Of a stretch of DNA of 64,000 nt, positions 28,292 through 37,373 are shown in pieces. The translations under genes and the position numbers were made by a program. The notes below the pieces were generated by a model, which worked only from the letters and a program-made list of their open reading frames with translations, did not search any database and had not been told where the DNA came from. The DNA comes from an uncultured Candidatus Saccharibacteria bacterium (GTDB lineage: Bacteria; Patescibacteriota; Doudnabacteria; UBA920): contig CAZRKK010000002.1 in the NCBI GenBank assembly GCA_964600695.1, forward strand, positions 115,900 through 179,899. Direction: 5' to 3'. Each line of letters begins with the position of its first letter. The first letter of the stretch is position 1.

Positions 28292-28741
28292 ATGAATCCT
28301 GAACAGCCCTCTAGTATTAGAGAATGGTATAAAAAGAAGCGTTATATAATTCCAATTACTGCCTTTGCCCTTTTTACTGGTATTGGTCTGTTTGCCGATG
28401 ACCCTGCCCCGAGTTCGCAAGTTAAGGAAGCCAATGTTCAGCAAGCAACGCTATCTCAACCTGAGGCAGTAACTCCTATCACAGAGCCCAAAGTTGAGAG
28501 CGCGACCATTCCAGACACTGAATCCCAGCAAGTATCACAGCCTAAACAAGATACTACCGAGTTATCAAATAATAACTATTACAAGAATGTTGATGGGAAC
28601 CAAGTACATTCACCTGCTTACACTAATGATGATGCTATCCCTGCTGGTGCATCTGCACTCTGTGGAGATGGAACATATAGTTTCAGTCAAAACCGTCGCG
28701 GGACATGCTCACGTCATGGCGGTGTAGCACAATGGTATTAA
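28292..28741 (+). CDS. membrane-anchored DUF3761-domain protein
   Basis: C-terminal CGDGTYSFSQNRRGTCSRHGGVAQW. Confidence 0.6.
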   Translation: MNPEQPSSIREWYKKKRYIIPITAFALFTGIGLFADDPAPSSQVKEANVQQATLSQPEAVTPITEPKVESATIPDTESQQVSQPKQDTTELSNNNYYKNVDGNQVHSPAYTNDDAIPAGASALCGDGTYSFSQNRRGTCSRHGGVAQWY

Positions 28742-28751
28742 ATTTTATTAT

Positions 28752-29450
28752 ATGAAAAATTGGTTATCACAAAATTGGTTTAAGATTTCGACTCTGTTAG
28801 TGATTTTAATAATTGCTGGTGGATATTTTTTTCTTAAATCACAAGAACTATCCAACAACCAAGCAGTAGTAGATACAGTGCAACCTTCAGAACATATAGA
28901 ATTACCAGAGCAAGACGTCGAAATAATAAAAGAAGAAGTAGCACCAGCCCCTACCCCTACCCCTACCCCTACCCCTAAGGATAACGAACAAACAAGCCAA
29001 AATACCCAAACAAAAACCAAAGTAGATATAACTCCACATTCAGAAGGTTATATAAGTGCTAATAATGGTATTGTGGGCTGGGCATTTGATGATAATAAAC
29101 CCTACACTGTAAAGCTGGTATTTATGAACATTGATGACCCTTCAATCACTTTTACCACCTCTTCCAATAGTTCAAAAAACGGATTTAGTGGAAGTTGGGG
29201 CTGGGCAAGTAGAAGTGACGCTGCTTCGCAATTAATTGATAAAGGAATAAGTGTAACTAGCACTGTAAAAGGCTTTTCTTTTAGTGCCAACGGATATGCA
29301 GATACTGACCCCTCTGTGCCTAGAGGGAGATACGTATTGATTGGTGCTACTTATAATGGGAAGTCTTTTAGTGTCGCAAAAAATACATATACTACCATTC
29401 AATCTGTTTGCGGGGCTAATCATACAGGTTTTGATTGTTTGTCCTTATAA
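28752..29450 (+). CDS. membrane-anchored hypothetical protein with a (PT)n linker
   Basis: A TM, then APAPTPTPTPTPK (CCCTAC hexamer repeat 28942-28980), then a beta-rich domain. Confidence 0.5.
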   Translation: MKNWLSQNWFKISTLLVILIIAGGYFFLKSQELSNNQAVVDTVQPSEHIELPEQDVEIIKEEVAPAPTPTPTPTPKDNEQTSQNTQTKTKVDITPHSEGYISANNGIVGWAFDDNKPYTVKLVFMNIDDPSITFTTSSNSSKNGFSGSWGWASRSDAASQLIDKGISVTSTVKGFSFSANGYADTDPSVPRGRYVLIGATYNGKSFSVAKNTYTTIQSVCGANHTGFDCLSL

Positions 29451-29488
29451 CGATATATAGATATGGAAATTTCTAACTTAATTAATGT

Positions 29489-30220
29489 ATGAACAAGTTT
29501 AAGACAATATTGTTTTGGTATAAAAGGAATCATACGAATCTCGGTGGTAAATGGTGGCACAGACTTTTTATTGTTTGTTATTTTGTTGCTTCAATAATCT
29601 TGTTTATATATTTGGCGAGCTCAAGTAATTTTAAATTTTTTGACCACCCTCAATGGGAATTGTCTGACACTTTTAGTAACAGGATAAATTCTTCTCTCCA
29701 ATCTGTTAACGAGCTTGCAAAGACGGGAGAAAAAATTGACGAACTCGGTGCGTCTTCCTATTCGTTGAACTCCCCTGATGCTTTTTGGGATTTTGATATG
29801 ACTGCTAAAACGTTTTGCTCGTCTCAAATAGGAAGCTATATTGAACAAATCTCCGACCGTTGGTCTGTAAACTCATATTACATAAGCGGTAAAAATGTTC
29901 CTTTAAATCAATTTGAAGAACACCTGCGGACTGAGGATGTTAACTGTGTGATTATTGATTCTTACTCAAATTATAATTCTCAAAATGTACTTACCAGCAA
30001 ACTGGATTTCTTGCGAACAGATAAGGATTTGTTATTTGATAAATTAAGTACTGATTATGGATTTTACCAAGTGTCTGATACTAAAACTTTGTTATTTCAA
30101 ATAGCAAACCTACTAACCTGCCTTATAATTACCTTGATACTAATGTATATAGTCGCGATTGCATACTATAAGCTATTCTTATATATTGTATTGGGAAATA
30201 TGCGCAATAAACATGAGTAA
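29489..30220 (+). CDS. hypothetical membrane protein (N- and C-terminal TM)
   Basis: ORF with hydrophobicity pattern. Confidence 0.45.
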   Translation: MNKFKTILFWYKRNHTNLGGKWWHRLFIVCYFVASIILFIYLASSSNFKFFDHPQWELSDTFSNRINSSLQSVNELAKTGEKIDELGASSYSLNSPDAFWDFDMTAKTFCSSQIGSYIEQISDRWSVNSYYISGKNVPLNQFEEHLRTEDVNCVIIDSYSNYNSQNVLTSKLDFLRTDKDLLFDKLSTDYGFYQVSDTKTLLFQIANLLTCLIITLILMYIVAIAYYKLFLYIVLGNMRNKHE

Positions 30221-30228
30221 CAATTATT

Positions 30229-30861
30229 ATGAAAATATTAGATATTAAATATAATAAATTTCTTCTAATTACTGGACTAATTATTTTACTAACCATTAGC
30301 TATTTTATTTATAGTGAATTTATAAGTGAAAAAGTTGTTGTGAATTTTTTAGTGGCGGCTAGTAATGAAAATTGCCAAACAATACAACCGTTGTTACCGT
30401 ATTCTCTACCTAATCATGATGTTTTATGCCCAAGAGGAGATGTTGGTAACTTTATGGTTATAGACAAAGTTAATTATACGGCTAAAAATGTTATCGGAAG
30501 CAAGTTTAGCGGGACTAAACAAGTGTTGGTATCTGTATGTATTGAAGCAAGAGGTATGGCAGCTTGGAATCAAGGTAGTTATAATGACTGCACCACTGAC
30601 CCAAGAATAATTATATTTAAAAGAAGTGCGTTTAGCTGGAAAACGGACATTGATCAGTTTACTAATATTTCTAAAATGATCAAACAGTCTGGTTCTGAAC
30701 CTGCAAATTACAGAGAAAATCAAAACCGGTGCTTTAAAACATCATTAATGGATATAGTTAATGGTGGCAATGGATTGAATTGTAACGGAAATGTCGTTGA
30801 CTCAGATATCGAGTATGCCATCAAGACCCATAAATTTGTTGAGGCTGGAAAAGCTCATTAA
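30229..30861 (+). CDS. hypothetical membrane-anchored protein
   Basis: An N-terminal TM and a Cys-containing ectodomain. Confidence 0.45.
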   Translation: MKILDIKYNKFLLITGLIILLTISYFIYSEFISEKVVVNFLVAASNENCQTIQPLLPYSLPNHDVLCPRGDVGNFMVIDKVNYTAKNVIGSKFSGTKQVLVSVCIEARGMAAWNQGSYNDCTTDPRIIIFKRSAFSWKTDIDQFTNISKMIKQSGSEPANYRENQNRCFKTSLMDIVNGGNGLNCNGNVVDSDIEYAIKTHKFVEAGKAH

Positions 30862-30994
30862 ATACCAGGATTGTGATTTATTGAAAATTGATTGTAAACT
30901 TCCCTTACCAAAGCCAAATAAGTTTTCCACCTGTCTCGAGATGGTCTACCAATTCATGCAAAACACAGAATCTGTTATAATACACCCATCAACA

Positions 30995-31145
30995 ACTAAC
31001 AATATCAAGAGTGCGGTTAGGGAACCAGCCCTGCGATCCGCCAGCAACCTAAGTCGTCATAGACTCAAGGTGCTAAGTCTGGCCCTGCTTACAGGGAAAG
31101 ATATCAATTTAAAATATCCTTCTCTTACAGCAAGAAAGGATATTT
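30995..31145 (+). promoter_or_regulatory. SAM-I (S-box) riboswitch with a terminator-type expression platform upstream of metK
   Basis: AUCAAGAGUGCGGUUAGGGAACCAGCCCUGCGAUCCGCCAGCAACC...AAGGUGCUAAGUCUGGCC matches S-box conserved blocks. It is followed by aatatcctt...aaggatattTTTTT (sequestering an AAAGGA RBS). An extended -10 tgTTATAAT sits at 30974-30981. Confidence 0.8.
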
Positions 31146-31148
31146 TTT

Positions 31149-32174
31149 ATGGCCCAGTTACGTACAGCCGAATTTGTTTCTCCTAAGCATCCAGATAAAA
31201 TCTGCGACTATATTGCAGACTGTATTCTAGATAGCTATCTTGCCCAAGACCCTCACGCTCGAGTGGCTGTAGAAGTGATGGGTGGTCACGGCCTCATTAC
31301 TCTTAACGGCGAAGTCACTAGCTCTGCCAATATAGATTGCATTCAAATAGTGCAAAGCATTGTCGGCCCAGATTATAAAGTGATAACCAACATCGCCAAG
31401 CAAAGCCTAGAGATCGCTCTCGGTGTTGATGTTGGCGGAGCAGGGGATCAAGGCATTATGATCGGCTTTGCATCCAGTAGCACTCCTAATTTTGTTCCTC
31501 TTGAATATGAACTGGCACGAAGTTTATGCCAGCAGATTTACAAAGTCTATCCATACGACGGCAAAGTTCAGGTGACGGTGGATGTTGGTGGTGGTGGCGG
31601 TGCGGGCGGCGCCGCGCTGCACTTAGCCAGCACACCCCAAGTTAAATGCGTTGTCGCTAGCTTTCAAAATTCAAAATCCAGCGACCTAGAAGCCCTTGTC
31701 CTCAGCCTTATTACCGCTGACAAGTATCTTATAAACCCAGCTGGAGAATGGCAACAAGGCGGGTTTGATGCCGACTCTGGGTTATCTGGCAGAAAGCTTG
31801 TGGTAGACGCCTATGGGCCTCACGTGGCTATTGGAGGAGGCTCCTTTAGTGGAAAAGACGCCACAAAAGTAGATCGCTCCGGCGCCTATTATGCTCGCAA
31901 AGTCGCCGTGGATTTACTAAGCAAGCACCACGCCCAAGAGGTGATTGTTAAAATCGCTTATGCTATTGGCGTTGCCGAGCCTGTGATGGCTGTCGCGTAC
32001 CTAGACGGCGTCGAACACGACATCTCTGCTCAATACGATTTTTCTCCTACAACAATCTGCCAACTTCTCGAGCTCAACAAACCCCAATTCGCCGAGCTGT
32101 GCCAGTGGGGGCACTTCGGCAATGGAAACGTGTGGGACAAACCATTCAAATATGATAATATAAAAACCTATTAA
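31149..32174 (+). CDS. metK: S-adenosylmethionine synthetase (short form, 341 aa)
   Basis: HPDKICD, GAGDQGIM and GGGSFSGKDATKVDRSGAY are present. GC ~48%. Confidence 0.85.
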   Translation: MAQLRTAEFVSPKHPDKICDYIADCILDSYLAQDPHARVAVEVMGGHGLITLNGEVTSSANIDCIQIVQSIVGPDYKVITNIAKQSLEIALGVDVGGAGDQGIMIGFASSSTPNFVPLEYELARSLCQQIYKVYPYDGKVQVTVDVGGGGGAGGAALHLASTPQVKCVVASFQNSKSSDLEALVLSLITADKYLINPAGEWQQGGFDADSGLSGRKLVVDAYGPHVAIGGGSFSGKDATKVDRSGAYYARKVAVDLLSKHHAQEVIVKIAYAIGVAEPVMAVAYLDGVEHDISAQYDFSPTTICQLLELNKPQFAELCQWGHFGNGNVWDKPFKYDNIKTY

Positions 32175-32186
32175 TAATCTAAATAT

Positions 32187-32540
32187 ATGTCTGATATAAA
32201 AGAATTAACCAATGATATCTTAGCGTTCCGAGATGAACGCGACTGGAAGCAGTTTCATAATCCAAAAGACCTAGCTATGTCATTGCTATTAGAAGCTGCG
32301 GAGGTCTTAGAGCATTTTCAGTGGAAGTCACCAGAAGAAATAGAAACTTACATCAAAACCAATAAGGAAGATATAGCGGAAGAATTAGCCGATACGCTCT
32401 ACTGGGTTTTGTTGATGAGTGCTGATTTGGATATTGATATAAAAGAAGCTTTGCAAAAGAAACAGGCAAAGAACCATGCGAAATATCCAATCGATAAAGC
32501 AAAGGGAAATCACTTAAAATATAACAAGCTTGCAGAATAA
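32187..32540 (+). CDS. MazG-like nucleotide pyrophosphohydrolase (small all-alpha NTP-PPase)
   Basis: The EExxE/D metal-binding helices EAAEVLEHFQW and EELADTLYW. Confidence 0.6.
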   Translation: MSDIKELTNDILAFRDERDWKQFHNPKDLAMSLLLEAAEVLEHFQWKSPEEIETYIKTNKEDIAEELADTLYWVLLMSADLDIDIKEALQKKQAKNHAKYPIDKAKGNHLKYNKLAE

Positions 32541-32560
32541 GTTTTAACTTATAACAATGA

Positions 32561-32586
32561 ACCGGAGTTACTTCCGGTTTTTTTGG
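32561..32586 (+). terminator. rho-independent terminator
   Basis: accggag-ttac-ttccggt is followed by TTTTTTT. Confidence 0.7.
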
Positions 32587-32672
32587 TAATAAAACTCATT
32601 TTCTTTGCGCAGAACAAATTCAGTTTTTCTTTATATAAAACTTGGTAAATCTTTATCTGTTCTTGAATAGGG

Positions 32673-33347
32673 TTGTGTTATCGTAATTTTATGACCAAGA
32701 ATTTTACCCCTATAGATAATATAGAAGAGCTGGATTACAAAATATATTTTTTGCGTGGTCGTCGAGTTATGCTCGACCGAGATTTAGCCTTGCTTTATGG
32801 AGTCTCTACGAAAGTATTAAATCAATCTGTAAAACGAAATATTTCTCGTTTCCCAGAAGATTTTATGTTTCAACTTACAAAAGAAGAGGAAAAATATATA
32901 TCTTTGAGGTCACAATTTGTGACCTCAAACGACGAAAATGGCTTAGATAAAGCAAACTTGAAGTCACAAATTGTGACTTCAAGTAATGAAGAGATTTTGA
33001 GGTGCCAAAATGGTACCTCAGAACAGGTTGCGGTTTTGAGGTCGCAAATTGCGACTTCAAGATTAGGTTATGGTGGAAGAAGGAAACTACCTTACGCCTT
33101 CACCGAACAAGGCGTCGCCATGCTTTCTTCAGTCCTAAAAAGCGAGCGGGCGATTCAAGTTAATATTCAAATTATGAGAACTTTTACAAAAATTCGTGAA
33201 ATGTTGGTTAGTAGCAAAGAACTCCGAGAAAAAATCAACGAGTTAGAGGAAAAATACGATCAGCAGTTTGCGGAAGTGTTCACTGCCATAAATTTATTAC
33301 TAGAACCACCAGAACAACCAAAACCTAAAATTGGTTTTAAAACTTAA
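32673..33347 (+). CDS. ORF6N/KilA-N-like DNA-binding domain protein with an in-frame repeat insertion
   Basis: [46 protein letters not shown] matches the ORF6N domain. The central region is LRSQFVTS / LKSQIVTS / LRSQIATS. Confidence 0.6.
   Translation: MCYRNFMTKNFTPIDNIEELDYKIYFLRGRRVMLDRDLALLYGVSTKVLNQSVKRNISRFPEDFMFQLTKEEEKYISLRSQFVTSNDENGLDKANLKSQIVTSSNEEILRCQNGTSEQVAVLRSQIATSRLGYGGRRKLPYAFTEQGVAMLSSVLKSERAIQVNIQIMRTFTKIREMLVSSKELREKINELEEKYDQQFAEVFTAINLLLEPPEQPKPKIGFKT
32904..33060. repeat. array of four ~25-bp palindromes (12-bp half-site TTGAGGTCACAA type) inside the ORF6N coding sequence
   Basis: ttgaggtcacaatttgtgacctcaa (32904-32928), ttgaagtcacaaattgtgacttcaa (32958-32982), ttgaggtgccaaaatggtacctca (32997-33020) and ttgaggtcgcaaattgcgacttcaa (33036-33060). 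Confidence 0.7.
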
Positions 33348-33847
33348 ATAATCTCAGTATCAGAAACTTTAGTTTTAGTAGCACGAGAATAAATTATTCC
33401 ACTAATAATTGCACTGAGTAAAAAGATAGTCGCACCTGTAAAACAAGGAGTTAAAAATGGGTTGGTGATTGGTGTGCCAGAACACCCAAGTGCTGGGCCA
33501 GAACGCACGCTGTAATAAGCGACGAATTCACGAGCCACATTGAACCATGCAAAAATAGTTCCTGCAGAAGTGAACCACCATAGGTAGTGTTGCCACTTAA
33601 TTTGTTTGGCTTGATCCTGTGATTTATATATCAACACAGACCAAACTAGGGCTACCAAAAAACCAATAGCTCCGTAAAAACAAGCTTCCGTGACAGGGTT
33701 AGGTATGACACAATCTTGAATCTTGAAGATAGTGCCTTCGTAGCCATAAAACTTGGCAAAGTTTTTTATGACGTTATACCACGCAAATACTGTCCCTGCG
33801 GCCAGTAACAACGTTTGAATTGTGAGGAACTTTTTTAAATTGATCAT
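33344..33847 (-). CDS. membrane protein made of two tandem ~80-aa 2-TM repeats, each with a conserved Cys pair
   Basis: The internal duplication is FAWYNV...C..C / FAWFNV...C..C. Confidence 0.45.
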   Translation of the reverse strand: MINLKKFLTIQTLLLAAGTVFAWYNVIKNFAKFYGYEGTIFKIQDCVIPNPVTEACFYGAIGFLVALVWSVLIYKSQDQAKQIKWQHYLWWFTSAGTIFAWFNVAREFVAYYSVRSGPALGCSGTPITNPFLTPCFTGATIFLLSAIISGIIYSRATKTKVSDTEII

Positions 33848-33994
33848 ACCTTAATTATACTCCTATATTAAAAACGCCTAAACAGGCGTTTTAATTTTGT
33901 GCTAGTCTTATCTGGGTTAATTGACAAACACCAATGAACATAGTATTATTGAACATAAATCTCACAAGGTTTAATCAAATTCCAGGGAGGGAAT

Positions 33995-34561
33995 ATGACA
34001 GGAACTACAATTACACAATCCGTAAAGGACACCATTTTTCTTGGTATAAATGACCCAAGTAATTTTAACTCAGTTTTACTGCTCACTAAAAAATTTCCGG
34101 ACTCGGAGTTAATTCTTAATTCTTGGTACCGCGCGATAACCGATAATTTGGTGTTAGATAAAGAGCTGTGGATTAATCCAGAAGTTGAACCGCTCTTCTA
34201 TTTCAAAACTAGCATTGCAGGCTTAATCGAATGCCCTCTAGGAATGAGTTACAGTAATCGACACTTTCCAAGTTATGAACTTCATTTTCGTATTAATGGA
34301 GTTAAGCCAAACTTAGCAGCTGATAAAATCTTCAGCTTACATCTCTTAGGTGAGTCAACTAAGCCGGCTGGCCCAAATAGATTACGTAGTAGTTACAGGC
34401 CGTATAATACATCAGGGTCTAACTATAATGGTGAGTACATACAAATAAGGTGGCAGGCCGAGATGACTCAATTCGAAATGGATGTGATGGATAATAACGA
34501 TATCAAAGAATTGCTAAATTATCGTTACCCAGAAATATATTTGTGGTTGCACGAAAGTTAA
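33995..34561 (+). CDS. hypothetical protein (188 aa)
   Basis: Promoter TTGACA...TAGTAT at ~33920-33950 and a terminator at 34568-34592. Confidence 0.5.
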   Translation: MTGTTITQSVKDTIFLGINDPSNFNSVLLLTKKFPDSELILNSWYRAITDNLVLDKELWINPEVEPLFYFKTSIAGLIECPLGMSYSNRHFPSYELHFRINGVKPNLAADKIFSLHLLGESTKPAGPNRLRSSYRPYNTSGSNYNGEYIQIRWQAEMTQFEMDVMDNNDIKELLNYRYPEIYLWLHES

Positions 34562-34601
34562 ACACTTAGACGAGAAACTCTCGTCTTTTTATTTTGTAAA
34601 T

Positions 34602-35210
34602 CTACAGCATAACTCGAGTGACCATATTACCAAATTTTAAACGCTTCCTAAATACCACTGCGATTAAAATTAGATTAACTAAAATTAAATATACTTGGAA
34701 TGCTGAGTTTTCTATATTCCAATGAGTTATCGATGGAATTACTAACAGTACGCTAAATAGACTCATTATATAAGTGAATACAGTCTCCGTTTCTGGGAAT
34801 TTCCAGGCTTTGATAATAGTTGGTAATGCTGCAAAGCCATCACCGATGGCCGCTAATAAAATAGCATATATGGGGGAGTCAATAATCAACCAAATTCCTA
34901 AAGCAAGAATAGAACAAAGTCCACATAGTATATCAAATATAGTAATCTTCCAGTGGCTTTGTGGATTGATAAATGCACTTATCAGAACTAATAACGGCAA
35001 AAAGCCAGCTAGAAAAATTCTAACAACTACCCAAGGATCTGCGTGCGCAGAAATAGCCGCCGCCGCGCCAATTAAGGGTGCTAACGTCCACATGGACCAA
35101 GTTACAAGATTTGGTTTGGTCTTACCTTTTAAGGTATCTCGGATGTACACGGAGACGCCAGGGATAATAATTAACGCGCTTATGATAACTAAGATGTGTT
35201 CCCAGCTCAT
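34602..35210 (-). CDS. polytopic membrane protein (about 6 TM)
   Basis: Hydrophobicity pattern. Confidence 0.5.
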   Translation of the reverse strand: MSWEHILVIISALIIIPGVSVYIRDTLKGKTKPNLVTWSMWTLAPLIGAAAAISAHADPWVVVRIFLAGFLPLLVLISAFINPQSHWKITIFDILCGLCSILALGIWLIIDSPIYAILLAAIGDGFAALPTIIKAWKFPETETVFTYIMSLFSVLLVIPSITHWNIENSAFQVYLILVNLILIAVVFRKRLKFGNMVTRVML

Positions 35211-35287
35211 TGGTTATTTTTTAATTGCTAGAATAGTTGGTCCTTGATGTTTTATTAGTCTAATTATAACCTATTTTAAATTTTGTC

Positions 35288-35362
35288 TGGTAGCGATACG
35301 GGGAATCGAACCCCGATTACGTGGATGAGAACCACGCGTCCTAACCGTTAGACGATAGCGCC
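35288..35362 (-). tRNA. tRNA-Glu (anticodon CUC)
   Basis: Cloverleaf with acceptor GGCGCUA/UAUCGCU (one C-U mismatch), D-stem GUCU/GGAC, anticodon stem CGUGG/CCACG, loop UUCUCAU, T-arm CGGGG-UUCGAUU-CCCCG, and an encoded CCA. Confidence 0.85.
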
Positions 35363-35457
35363 ATGTTTTATGTATTTACATAGTATTTTAGCAATTTGAA
35401 GCTTGTTTGTACAGTCAGATATTTCGGACAAATAGATCGAGGTGGTATAATTTAGTT

Positions 35458-35580
35458 ATGAAATATCTTTTACTTATAGTTTGCTCTGTTGCTATCTTAG
35501 CAGTAGGTTGTAACAACACTAAAATTCAGGGAGAAATTCCTAGCTCACCTCAAGAATCATACCAACCACTTCCAAAATAA
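35458..35580 (+). CDS. 40-aa lipoprotein (lipobox LAVGC), probably leaderless
   Basis: MKYLLLIVCSVAILAVGC... An extended -10 TGGTATAAT ends 7 nt before ATG. Confidence 0.4.
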   Translation: MKYLLLIVCSVAILAVGCNNTKIQGEIPSSPQESYQPLPK

Positions 35581-35656
35581 CTACTCAATTAGTTTTTTTG
35601 GGATTTTTTTGTCTGTAGCCCTTGACAAGATTTAAAAACCTTGCTATGGTCTGGGT

Positions 35657-35836
35657 ACAACAAGAGGAACAATCGGTAGGGACTTAGAAAAATGTGCCTC
35701 AGAACTTCACACCTTACAGGGCTTCGTTGCAGTTTAACGAAGGCTTCAGTCACAATGAACTTTGTGCTGATCGAGAGATCGTGGAACTCCATTTTTCTAA
35801 AATAAAAAGGCCGCAATGCACTCCGCGGCCTTTTTT
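35657..35836 (+). ncRNA. candidate ~180-nt sRNA (unclassified; 6S-like size)
   Basis: TTGACA-16-TATGGT (35623-35650) upstream. No plausible ORF. Ends at the ggccgcaatgcactccgcggcc + TTTTTT terminator (35809-35836, which also serves convergent scpB). Confidence 0.25.
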
Positions 35837-35863
35837 ATTTTGCGCTATTAAGTTTTACTGTTA

Positions 35864-36535
35864 TTAAATTCGGTTCTCGTTCTGGTCGCTTAGTTCATCA
35901 TTGCTAGTTTCGTCTACTGGTTCTTCCATGATATCTACAATATCTTCTGGGGTTAGCTCGACTACTTCTATTGGGTCTGTTGTTGAATCAGAATCTGTTT
36001 CAGAAATAATAGGTGCATCTGGTAACTTGATGTTTTGGACTAAGTCTTCAAAGCTTGGTAAATCATTAATAGATGTTAAGCCAAGTTGTTGTAGAAATTC
36101 TGTTGTAATTTGATACAACGAACTTCGGCTATCAAGTGGGTTAGGAATTTTTTCGATCAAACCACGCATCAACAAGGCACGAATGCTGTACTGTGAATTA
36201 ACACCACGGATAGATTCTATCTCGGCTTTGCTAATCGGTTGGCGATAGGCGATAATGGCTAAAACTTCTGTGGTAGCATCCGTTAGAGATTCGCGCAGAT
36301 CACTATTCAAAAAATCTTTGACGATATTACTGTTCTCACTGTGGGTTGCTAATTGGTATTCCGAGCCAGTATCAAGTAGTACTACTCCTGAATTTGCTCT
36401 TAATTGAGCCAATTCTTGAAGAGCAGCAGAGACATCTTCCGCACTTGCCCCAGTAAATTTTACCAGTTGTTTAGCAGAAAGTGGCTTACTAGCTACAAAC
36501 AGCAAGCTTTCGATTTGTGAAGTTAATTGATTCAT
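35864..36535 (-). CDS. scpB: segregation and condensation protein B
   Basis: ScpB winged-helix tandem (LESLLFVASKPLS...). Confidence 0.85.
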   Translation of the reverse strand: MNQLTSQIESLLFVASKPLSAKQLVKFTGASAEDVSAALQELAQLRANSGVVLLDTGSEYQLATHSENSNIVKDFLNSDLRESLTDATTEVLAIIAYRQPISKAEIESIRGVNSQYSIRALLMRGLIEKIPNPLDSRSSLYQITTEFLQQLGLTSINDLPSFEDLVQNIKLPDAPIISETDSDSTTDPIEVVELTPEDIVDIMEEPVDETSNDELSDQNENRI

Positions 36536-36572
36536 ATCTTATATTTTATCAGATTATTTTATATATTCGCAG

Positions 36573-37370
36573 TTATTCTTCGTCTTCGTCATCGTCCTCA
36601 TCGTCATCGTCGTCGTCATCTTCGCTGTCATCAACAACAATAATTTCTTCTGCTTCTTGAATGCTAGGAGTATATTTAGTGATGGTAACATCTGTGAACA
36701 ATTCATCTTGGTTAACCATAAAGATGCGTTGTTTAATTAATTCCAGTAGTGCCAAGAAAGTGATAATCACTTCATCTTTATTCTTTGACTCTGCCAACAA
36801 TTGACTTAACTTGGTTTCGATATTCCCAGCTAAGCGATTTTGTAATTGACTAATCTTAGCTTGAATAGAAACTGCTTCACGGATCTTTGCCTTAGGTAAG
36901 TTATCAAGTTCTTTTAACTGTTGTAGAACTTGTAAAATAGAAGTGTGAAGTGAATCTGTGGTTACATTTGGGTCTGGCCAAAAGTTAATTCGTTGAGAAA
37001 ATACTAACGAGCGAGTAAAACTTTGTTGCTTGTTATTATCTAATTGTTTAAGATGACGAGCAACTTCTTTAAACTGCTTATATAAAATTAATTTGCTAGC
37101 CAAGTCTTCTTCTGGTTCAAGTTCATCATCTGTATCAACTTCCAATGATGGTAAAATCGCTTTAGATTTTATAACCAGCAAGCGTGCAGCAATATTTAAA
37201 TAATCAGCTAATGCTGTTGGGTCGACTTGCTCTAACTCTTTAACGTAACTTAAAAACTGCTCTGTCACTTCGGCCAGAGCAATTTGGGTAATGTCGAGTT
37301 TCTGTTCTTCTATTAAAGAAAGTAATAGATCGAGCGGCCCTTCAAATTGTTTAACTTTTATTTGAGTCAA
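36573..37370 (-). CDS. scpA: segregation and condensation protein A (kleisin) with a poly-Asp/Glu C-terminal tail
   Basis: ScpA N-terminus FEGPLDLLLSLI. GAC/GAA repeat at 36575-36640. Confidence 0.85.
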   Translation of the reverse strand: MTQIKVKQFEGPLDLLLSLIEEQKLDITQIALAEVTEQFLSYVKELEQVDPTALADYLNIAARLLVIKSKAILPSLEVDTDDELEPEEDLASKLILYKQFKEVARHLKQLDNNKQQSFTRSLVFSQRINFWPDPNVTTDSLHTSILQVLQQLKELDNLPKAKIREAVSIQAKISQLQNRLAGNIETKLSQLLAESKNKDEVIITFLALLELIKQRIFMVNQDELFTDVTITKYTPSIQEAEEIIVVDDSEDDDDDDDEDDDEDEE

Positions 37371-37373
37371 TTT

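Noticed and set aside
30791-31186. ORF 30791..31186 (+)
   Set aside because: It spans the SAM riboswitch and the metK start. No RBS. It is explained by the riboswitch.
33872-33895. Hairpin aaaacgcctaaacaggcgtttt as a terminator
   Set aside because: It lies in a divergent promoter region (upstream of both 33847- and 33995+ genes), so it is not a clear 3' end. It may be a 5'-UTR structure.
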